In this document: piece after piece, positions 52,301-59,169 of the stretch
How positions within the stretch are numbered: the stretch's first letter is position 1
Layout: each line of letters begins with the position of its first letter
From: an uncultured Acidobacteriota bacterium
GTDB lineage: Bacteria > Acidobacteriota > Thermoanaerobaculia > UBA5066
Length of the DNA: 64,000 bases
Assembly: GCA_963779415.1 (NCBI GenBank)
Contig: CAVZYA010000001.1
Coordinates: 192,001-256,000 of the forward strand
Reading direction: 5' to 3'
Made by a program: the position numbers and the translations under genes
Notes under the pieces: generated by a model
What the model was told of the DNA's origin: nothing
Seen by the model: only the letters and a program-made list of their open reading frames with translations
The model's database searches: none

Positions 52301-52459
52301 AAGACCCTCTGGCAGATCGGCTTCCCGCTGCACTGGGGCTTCGCGGGCGAGAAGGGCCACAAGGGGACGCTGGCGAACCTCCTGACACCGACCGCCGGAG
52401 ACCCCAACACGTGGACTCCGGAATTCAAGAGCTTCCTCGTGACGCTCGAGAAGGCGTGA
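49379..52459 (+). CDS. fdnG: Selenocysteine-containing formate dehydrogenase alpha subunit (FdnG/FdoG type), Tat-exported
   Basis: SRRGFLK Tat motif, CPYCAVSC, in-frame TGA at 49952-49954 in QARV-U-HGPTV, ALRGHSNIQG. Confidence 0.95.
49955..49990 (+). promoter_or_regulatory. Bacterial SECIS element
   Basis: GGTGGCCA-GTC-TGGCCGCC hairpin 11 nt after the UGA, similar to E. coli fdnG SECIS. Confidence 0.85.
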
Positions 52460-52469
52460 GGAGGCGGCC

Positions 52470-53357
52470 ATGAGCGCTCAGAACCTCGAGATCACCCGCT
52501 CGTCCGCCTCGGTCTGGGGGAGCAGGAGCGGGCTGCGATCCCTCCCGACCGTCTCGAAGCTCATCGACACGTCCACGTGTATCGGGTGCAAGGCGTGCGA
52601 GGTCGCGTGCCAGGAATGGAACGACCTGGAGGTCGTCGAGACGGAGCAGAGGGGCACCTACCAGACGATGTCGACGCTCGACGCGAGCTTCTGGAACCTG
52701 ATCCGGTTCGACGAGAGGGAGGTCGACGGGGGGATCAAGTGGCTGATGCGGAAGGACCAGTGCATGCACTGCGCCGACCCGGGCTGCCTCGAGGCCTGCC
52801 CGGCCCCCGGTGCGCTGGTCCAGTACGCAAACGGCATCGTCGACGTGAACGCCGCGCAGTGCATCGGCTGCGGCTACTGCTCGACGGGATGTCCGTTCGA
52901 CGTGCCGCGCTTCTCGGCGAAGACCGGGAAGATGGCCAAGTGCACGCTCTGCGTCGACCGGGTCTCGGTCGGCCTCGAGCCGGCCTGCATCAAGGCCTGC
53001 CCGACGGGATGTCTCCATTTCGGGACCAAGGACGACATGCTCGTCCTCGGGCAGCAGCGAATCGCACAGCTCAAGGCGGCCGGATACGCCAGCGCCACCC
53101 TCTACGATCCCTCCGGAGTCGGCGGCACCGGCGTCGTGACCCTCCTCGTGCACGGCGACAATCCGGAGTGGTACGGCAACCTCCCGAAGAACCCGAGGAT
53201 TCCCGTCCTCGTCGGCTTCTGGAAGAGATTCCTCCGGCCGCTCGGCTTCCTGGCGATCGTGGGCGCCGTCATCGGCGCGTTCGGCCACCACCTCTACCAT
53301 GGCAACAAGGGCCACGTCGATCCGGGTCCCCGCGACCCGGACGAGCCGTCGGCGTGA
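52470..53357 (+). CDS. fdnH: Formate dehydrogenase Fe-S beta subunit
   Basis: CIGCKAC, CMHC, CIGCGYC, CTLC; C-terminal TM anchor. Confidence 0.95.
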   Translation: MSAQNLEITRSSASVWGSRSGLRSLPTVSKLIDTSTCIGCKACEVACQEWNDLEVVETEQRGTYQTMSTLDASFWNLIRFDEREVDGGIKWLMRKDQCMHCADPGCLEACPAPGALVQYANGIVDVNAAQCIGCGYCSTGCPFDVPRFSAKTGKMAKCTLCVDRVSVGLEPACIKACPTGCLHFGTKDDMLVLGQQRIAQLKAAGYASATLYDPSGVGGTGVVTLLVHGDNPEWYGNLPKNPRIPVLVGFWKRFLRPLGFLAIVGAVIGAFGHHLYHGNKGHVDPGPRDPDEPSA

Positions 53358-53374
53358 GGCGAAGGGAGATCGCC

Positions 53375-54073
53375 ATGAGCAAGGTCGTTCGCCAGATCGG
53401 CTTCGACGAAGCGGCATTCGTGGCCCGCGAGAAGGAAGACGTCATCGTCGGAAGCGAGATCATCCGCCATCGCCTCTCCTCGAGGATCATCCACTGGTCC
53501 GTCGGCGTGACCTTCTTCCTGTCTCTCGTCACCGGTCTTCCCGTCTGGACGCCCGTGTTCGGATGGATGGCGACGCTCGTGGGCGGCCTCAGCGTCTGCC
53601 GCGTCATCCACCCCTTCATCGGAATCGTCTTCGCCGTCTCTTCGGCCGCGATGGCCCTCCAGTGGTGGGATGAGATGAAGATGACGAAGGAGGAGCGGGG
53701 CTGGGTGGGGCCGAAGCTCCTCGAGTACCTTCGCGACGCCGCCAACCACGACAGGATCGGCAAGTACAACGGAGGCCAGAAGGTCTACTTCTACACCTCC
53801 AAGCTGGGGGCTCTGGGCCTTCTCGTCACGGGGATCGTCCTCTGGTTCCCGAGGTCGTTTCCCCAGTGGCTTCGCGAAATGGCCATCGTCCTGCACGATT
53901 TCACCTTCATCCTCTTCGCCGTATCGCTCGTCTTCCACATCTATCTCGCCGCCGTGGCCGAGCCGGGGACGCTCAACGCCATGACGCGGGGGACGGTCTC
54001 GAAGGCGTGGGCGCGGATTCATCATCCGAAGTGGTACCGGGAGCTGATGGGGCTCGAGAAACCCGGGCCGTGA
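53375..54073 (+). CDS. fdnI: Formate dehydrogenase cytochrome b gamma subunit
   Basis: RIIHW, GKYNGGQK, HIY, WARIHHPKWY. Confidence 0.94.
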   Translation: MSKVVRQIGFDEAAFVAREKEDVIVGSEIIRHRLSSRIIHWSVGVTFFLSLVTGLPVWTPVFGWMATLVGGLSVCRVIHPFIGIVFAVSSAAMALQWWDEMKMTKEERGWVGPKLLEYLRDAANHDRIGKYNGGQKVYFYTSKLGALGLLVTGIVLWFPRSFPQWLREMAIVLHDFTFILFAVSLVFHIYLAAVAEPGTLNAMTRGTVSKAWARIHHPKWYRELMGLEKPGP

Positions 54074-54074
54074 G

Positions 54075-54866
54075 ATGACCGCGGCCGCCCCCTTCGAGAA
54101 GCGGGCCGACCGCGCGGAGCTGCTCTCCCGCGACAATGTGACGGCCACGGATCCTCTCCGGTTCGCGGCCGCGCTTTTCCGCGTGCAGGGGCGCTTCGCG
54201 TCGACCCTGGAGGCGCGACACGGCGAGGCGCCGCTCTCCGGCCGCCTCGAATCCGACGCCGACCGGTTCGCCGACCTTCCGGAGAAGATCCTTTCGTTCG
54301 CGGAGAGCGTCGGTCCGCCGGAGCTCTCGGAAGCGGCGGCGACGCGCCGCGCGGACGATCCGGAAACGGCCCGGTCGAGGCTTCTTCTCTACTGGGCGGG
54401 GGAGCGCGACACCGCCGGCGACTACCTCTCCCGTGCGCTGCTCCGTCCCTACGTGGAGACGCTCTCCCGGCTCCGTCTCGTTCCCGGTCGTTTCCACCGC
54501 GAGGGGCACTGCCCGTTCTGCGGGGGGCGCCCCATCGTCTCCTTCCGGCGGAGCGACCCGGAGTCGCACGGAGCCGCGCGCTTTCTCGTCTGCGGCCTCT
54601 GCGGCACCGAATGGCCGGTCCTCCGGATCCTCTGCCCGTCCTGCGGCGAAGCGGACCCGGCGAAGCTTCCGGCGTTCGGGAGCGATCAGCATGCGGGAGT
54701 CCGTATCGAGGCTTGCGAGACGTGCCGCCGCTACCTCAAGTCGGTGGACCTGACGATCGACGCGAGGCCGATCCCCGAGGTCGACGACCTCGTCTCGATC
54801 GCGATGGACCTCTGGGCGATGGGGGAGGGGTTCGAGCGGGTCGAGCCGGGCTGGGCGGGGATCTGA
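54075..54866 (+). CDS. fdhE: Formate dehydrogenase accessory protein FdhE
   Basis: CPFCG, CGLC, CPSC, CETCRRYLK, VDDL. Confidence 0.93.
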   Translation: MTAAAPFEKRADRAELLSRDNVTATDPLRFAAALFRVQGRFASTLEARHGEAPLSGRLESDADRFADLPEKILSFAESVGPPELSEAAATRRADDPETARSRLLLYWAGERDTAGDYLSRALLRPYVETLSRLRLVPGRFHREGHCPFCGGRPIVSFRRSDPESHGAARFLVCGLCGTEWPVLRILCPSCGEADPAKLPAFGSDQHAGVRIEACETCRRYLKSVDLTIDARPIPEVDDLVSIAMDLWAMGEGFERVEPGWAGI

Positions 54867-54988
54867 CGCGGTAAGGGCGCGACAGCCATCGCCATCAGCC
54901 GGACCGGTCCCTCTCATCTGCATCAGGGGTTTTTCCCGGCGCCGGACCGACATTGGACGGAACGAACCGGAGAGGTGAGGCTCTGTCC

Positions 54989-55879
54989 ATGAGGAAATTT
55001 CTCTTCTGTCGGGCGGCGCTTCTTGGCGCGGGAGTCCTGACGGCCATGGCGGCCGGGTCCCAGGAGCCGGCACCCACGCCTGCCATGGAACCGGCGGCGA
55101 CCCCGGCGCCTGCCTTGCTGGTTGCCGTCCCCTGCGTCTCGTCCCCCGCGAGAGGCTTCTTCTCGCGTCCACAGGTGCCGATGCCGCCGGACCTTCAAGG
55201 CGACGTCGTCCTTCTCAAGACGGGGGCCATCAAGATCTCTGGCAAGCCGCCCTCGTTCATGCCCTGGGTCGTCAAGGAGCTGACGTTCAGCTCGGGTCCG
55301 GGCAGCTGGTTCCGGGCCGGATTGACCGGCTTCAACATGGCATTCGGGTTCGAGTCGCTGAGTGTCGAGAAGGGCTTCGCGTTCCGGCTCGTGAGGAAAG
55401 ACGCTCCCGACGCCCCAGCGATCTCCGTGCGGTGCCTCTGGGGGCTCGCCTCGACGGCTGGGAGCGTCTCGCGAGGGAGCTGGGGGATCGAGATGAAGGT
55501 CCCCCGGGGGAACGCGACGGTCTGCGAGCTGTTTGATTCGCCCGAATCGGAGCCTTGGAGGCTCTTCCTCTGGGTCGGCCCTCCGTCGAACCTCGTTCCA
55601 CCCGAGTTCCCTTCTGGCGGAGGGCTGGTGCGAGGGGAGACCCGGTACGAGGCGACGTCCACCAACGCCATCAAGCCGGCGATCCTGGGCCTCAAGCCGA
55701 CGATGATCACCGGCACGTTCTTCACGAGAGAAGGCCGGACGGTTGCGGCCATCGAGCGGCTGGTCCCGGCCCGGGTTCTGATGCCGTGTTCCGTGCCGGT
55801 CGCCAACCAGCCCCTTTTCGTCGCCATCGGGGCCGCGCTTTACATTCGTGACGGGGAGGCGTCGCGCTACGAGTACTGA
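54989..55879 (+). CDS. Hypothetical secreted protein
   Basis: Signal peptide, Pro-rich linker, beta-rich body; no family recognised. Confidence 0.7.
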   Translation: MRKFLFCRAALLGAGVLTAMAAGSQEPAPTPAMEPAATPAPALLVAVPCVSSPARGFFSRPQVPMPPDLQGDVVLLKTGAIKISGKPPSFMPWVVKELTFSSGPGSWFRAGLTGFNMAFGFESLSVEKGFAFRLVRKDAPDAPAISVRCLWGLASTAGSVSRGSWGIEMKVPRGNATVCELFDSPESEPWRLFLWVGPPSNLVPPEFPSGGGLVRGETRYEATSTNAIKPAILGLKPTMITGTFFTREGRTVAAIERLVPARVLMPCSVPVANQPLFVAIGAALYIRDGEASRYEY

Positions 55880-55894
55880 AGGGGCCGGGGTGCG

Positions 55895-55923
55895 TTGACC
55901 CTCCGGGGAGGGGGTGGTACAAC
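55895..55923 (+). promoter_or_regulatory. Sigma70-type promoter of tRNA-Pro (TTGACC-N17-TACAAC)
   Basis: Read directly; extended -10 TG present. Confidence 0.6.
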
Positions 55924-55966
55924 GACTCACCCCCGAGCGGTCCCGCCGCTCGATGCCGTCTCCGGT

Positions 55967-56043
55967 CGGGACGTGGCGCAGCCTGGTAGCGTACTTGAAT
56001 GGGGTTCAAGGGGTCGCGGGTTCGAATCCCGCCGTCCCGACCA
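55967..56043 (+). tRNA. tRNA-Pro(GGG)
   Basis: CGGGACG/CGTCCCG acceptor, CTTGA-ATGGGGT-TCAAG anticodon arm, GGTTCGAATCC, CCA. Confidence 0.96.
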
Positions 56044-56508
56044 TCACTTCTCTCGAACGATTCTGGCCTGCTTGGGTCACGCCCTGACTCGCGAGACCGG
56101 ATTCGAACCCGCGACGAGGCGCTGGAGCCTTGGCGGAGGCGCCGACTAAGAGAAACTAGCCGGTTCAGCGCGCCCCTAGCGCGAAGCGCGGCGGCGAGCG
56201 AAGCGAGCCGGGCGGGCGCGTTCGAATCCCGCCGTCCCGACCATCACTTCTCTCGAGCGATTCTGGCCCGCTCGAGTCACGCCCTGACTCGCGAGACCGG
56301 ATTCGAACCCGCGACGAGGCGCTGGAGCCTTGGCGGAGGCGCCGACTAAGAGATACCAGCCGGTTCAGCGCGCCCCCAGCGCGAAGCGCCTCGAGGGGGC
56401 GCGGGGGGCATCCCCCGCCTTCAGAATGGCCGCTAAGCCGGCGCACCGCTCAAGGGGGCTCGCCGGCGGCGAGCGTGCGCCGGCGTTCGAATCCCGCCGT
56501 CCCGACCA
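56021..56508 (+). repeat. Tandem repeats that each start with the tRNA-Pro 3' end
   Basis: TTCGAATCCCGCCGTCCCGACCA at 56021, 56221, 56486; 56021-56189 versus 56221-56389 differ at 7 of 169 nt. Confidence 0.92.
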
Positions 56509-56730
56509 ATGTTGACGGCCCTCTCACGAGGGTCCCGCCTCTCGGCCCCTTTCCTAGATTGCCGGAGGATTGCCAGCCGCGCGGCCATTTATGGGCCTTC
56601 GCGGGCCTCGGGGCGCCCGTCCAGCTCGCCTCTCAGCGTCGATAACAATCGGACGCGGCCTTGGTTTCGCCGCTATCGGGTTCCGACGAGCGCCCCCCCC
56701 GCAGCGGTAACCTTCGGCAGGGAGGACGCA

Positions 56731-56949
56731 ATGGGCGAGACCGAGTGGACGGCTTTCGTGGGAGTTTCAAGATCCGGGGCAGGCAGTATCGGCAGGCTAA
56801 GGCTCTACTGCTCGAAAGGCTGCGCGAGCGCGGCAGGATACGGAGACAGCCAGGCTGTTACGCGGACCGCCGCGAAGACTTCAGGGGGCGTCGAGTTCTC
56901 CGAGACCTGCGCGCGATGCGGGAAGCCTTTCGAGAAGAAGGCGGGGTAG
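56731..56949 (+). CDS. Small Cys-rich hypothetical protein (possible zinc finger)
   Basis: GGAGG RBS; YCSKGC and CARCG. Confidence 0.6.
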   Translation: MGETEWTAFVGVSRSGAGSIGRLRLYCSKGCASAAGYGDSQAVTRTAAKTSGGVEFSETCARCGKPFEKKAG

Positions 56950-56991
56950 AGCCGTTTCGTCCGCTCGATAGTAAAGGACCCTGAGTTGGCG

Positions 56992-57504
56992 ATGGACCCC
57001 GACTACGAGACTCGACGAGACCGTCTTACAAAGGCAGGCCAACTGACTGAGCTTTACCTGTCGTGCTCTTGGAATCGAGAGGACGCCGAGAGGTTCGCGG
57101 GGGCCTTTACGCCTTTTCGGCTACTCCCGGCTCTCTACGCTAACGGCGCGCTCGACGAGAGAATTCGAGTGTGGGCCGACAAACGCCTAGAGACGATCGT
57201 TCACTCGCCGACGCCGAATCAGCGGTGGCACTGGACGGCGCGTTTCGGTGCCGCTCATGGCGAGCTACTGCCTCCCTTTCGCCGCGCACTCTGGAGCGCT
57301 ACGACTTGGCTTCTCGGTCTCGACCTTCGGGTCTGTCTGGGTCTAACGATCATTCTTCTCGTCGTTAGACACTTCTCGCGCGTGATGTCGCTGCCAGTCT
57401 GTTTCCTGCCTGTCCTGACCCCATTCCTATTCATGCTGCTTCGTCTCTTGCGGTACTTCTTTGCGGCCCTGTCGCTCTTCGTGATCCCACCTCGAAAAGA
57501 CTGA
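56992..57504 (+). CDS. Hypothetical membrane protein, lower GC
   Basis: ORF with hydrophobic C-terminus and atypical codon use. Confidence 0.45.
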   Translation: MDPDYETRRDRLTKAGQLTELYLSCSWNREDAERFAGAFTPFRLLPALYANGALDERIRVWADKRLETIVHSPTPNQRWHWTARFGAAHGELLPPFRRALWSATTWLLGLDLRVCLGLTIILLVVRHFSRVMSLPVCFLPVLTPFLFMLLRLLRYFFAALSLFVIPPRKD

Positions 57505-57550
57505 CCCGTCTGTCTCCACCCGTCCCCGAGTCCGAGACTCGGGCGCATGT

Positions 57551-57576
57551 ATAATAGGGGTCAGACCCCGATTATG
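57551..57576. repeat. REP-like hairpin
   Basis: ATAAT-A-GGGGTC-A-GACCCC-G-ATTAT palindrome; second copy near 59118. Confidence 0.7.
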
Positions 57577-58494
57577 TCAGCTCCTCTTCGCGTCCGGCTT
57601 CAGGAAGGTTCCGTCCTCGAGCTGCCGGAACGCCGCGCGCAGCTCCTCCTGCGTGTTCATCACCACGGGGCCGTACCAGGCGACGGGCTCCTGGAGCGGC
57701 TGGCCCGAGACGAGCAGGAACCGGATGCCGTCGTCGCCGGCCTGAACGGCGACCTCGTCGCCGCGGTCGAAGAGGACAAGCGTCCGGTTGTCCGCGAACG
57801 ACGGAGGGTGCGCGTCCGCCCACCCGGCGGGCTCGGTCGGGACGGCGAGGGGGCCGGAGGCGTTGCAGAACCGGCCCTGGCCCGCGAAGACGTATGCGAA
57901 GGCCTGGCTGGTCGTCTCGACGGGCAGGATCTTCCGCTTACCCGCCGGGACGGTCACGTCGAGGTAGACGGGCTTGGCGAAGACGTCTTCGACGGGCCCG
58001 CGGGTCCCGCGGTAGCTCCCGCACACGACGCGCACCTCGGTGCCGTCGTCGTCCACGGCGAGGGGCACGTCCTTCGCCTTGACGTCCTGGTAACGCGGCT
58101 CGGTCATCTTGAGTGAGGAGGGGAGGTTTGCCCAGAGCTGGAAGCCGTGCATCCGCCCGTCGGAGTCTCCCTTCGGCATCTCCTGGTGAATGATCCCGCG
58201 GCCGGCCGTCATCCACTGGACGTCGCCCGCGCCGATCGTGCCGTGGTTCCCCATGCTGTCGCCGTGCGCCACGGTGCCCGCGAGGACGTACGTGATCGTC
58301 TCGATTCCCCGGTGGGGGTGCCACGGGAAGCCGGGAAGGTAGTCCTCCGGACGCTCGTTCCGAAAGTCGTCCAGGAGGAGGAAGGGGTCGGTGTCCGACG
58401 TCGAGCCGAAGCCGAACGCCCGCCGGAGGTGAACGCCGGCGCCCTCCAGGGTCGGTTTCGACTTCGCGAGACGCTTCACGTTCCGGATCGCCAT
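57577..58494 (-). CDS. Pirin family protein
   Basis: DPFLLLD, HPHRGIET, MTAGRGIIHQE, QLWANLP, GPVVMNT. Confidence 0.95.
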   Translation of the reverse strand: MAIRNVKRLAKSKPTLEGAGVHLRRAFGFGSTSDTDPFLLLDDFRNERPEDYLPGFPWHPHRGIETITYVLAGTVAHGDSMGNHGTIGAGDVQWMTAGRGIIHQEMPKGDSDGRMHGFQLWANLPSSLKMTEPRYQDVKAKDVPLAVDDDGTEVRVVCGSYRGTRGPVEDVFAKPVYLDVTVPAGKRKILPVETTSQAFAYVFAGQGRFCNASGPLAVPTEPAGWADAHPPSFADNRTLVLFDRGDEVAVQAGDDGIRFLLVSGQPLQEPVAWYGPVVMNTQEELRAAFRQLEDGTFLKPDAKRS

Positions 58495-58694
58495 GGTTCC
58501 TCCCTTGCGCACCCCGCGCGCTGTACGAAATACGATACGCGCCGAAGGGCGGATCGCGGCTGAGGCGTGCCGGGTGAATGAGCACGCCCACGGCGCCACG
58601 CGCTCCTCTGTCGCGCGTCTATTCCCCGAGAAGCGTCCGTATCGATTCGACCAGAGGGTCCAGTTCGTCCGTAACGGCCGACCAGACCTGCACC

Positions 58695-58748
58695 TTAACC
58701 GGCGCTCTCGAGAACGTGCCGGAGCGCCGTCTCGCTCTCAGGCCGCAT
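58695..58748 (-). pseudogene. Possible truncated HEPN (DUF86) toxin remnant
   Basis: MRPESETALRHVLESAG-stop overlaps the MNT 3' end where HEPN normally lies. Confidence 0.5.
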
Positions 58749-59052
58749 AGAGGTCGACGGCAGTTGCCTCGGCACGCTGCCGGAAGACGGGGTCCTTCAC
58801 GGCCCTCAAGGTCACGAGGTCCACGTGTCGCCCGAAGAGATCCTCGAGTTCCAGCTTCAGGTCGATGAACTGGTGAAAGGCGTTCATCCCGACCGGGGAC
58901 TCGAACTCGACGAGGAAGTCGAAGTCGCTCGATTCCGGGTCGAACGAGCCCTTCGCCGCGGAGCCGAAAAGGCGGAGCCTCTTCACCGCGTACTTGCGGC
59001 ACAGGGATACGACCCGGTCCCGGCGTTCCTCGACGATATCGAGGGCGTTCAT
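58738..59052 (-). CDS. Minimal nucleotidyltransferase (MNT) antitoxin
   Basis: LFGSA, SDFDFLVEF, LEDLFGRHVDLV. Confidence 0.92.
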   Translation of the reverse strand: MNALDIVEERRDRVVSLCRKYAVKRLRLFGSAAKGSFDPESSDFDFLVEFESPVGMNAFHQFIDLKLELEDLFGRHVDLVTLRAVKDPVFRQRAEATAVDLYAA

Positions 59053-59117
59053 ACCGTGGATTTTCCCCCAGAACGCCGCATTCCCACAGCGGAAAGCCGT
59101 ATACCTGCGTATATTTA

Positions 59118-59136
59118 GGGTCTGACCCCGATTATG
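59118..59136. repeat. REP-like hairpin (second copy)
   Basis: GGGTCTGACCCCGATTATG matches 57558-57576 except the loop base. Confidence 0.7.
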
Positions 59137-59169
59137 AGACCATCTGAAACGTAGAGGCCGAGGTCTCCG

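Noticed and set aside
56021-56508. CRISPR array
   Set aside because: Repeat is the tRNA 3' end, intervening sequences are near-identical and 177-242 bp long, no cas genes
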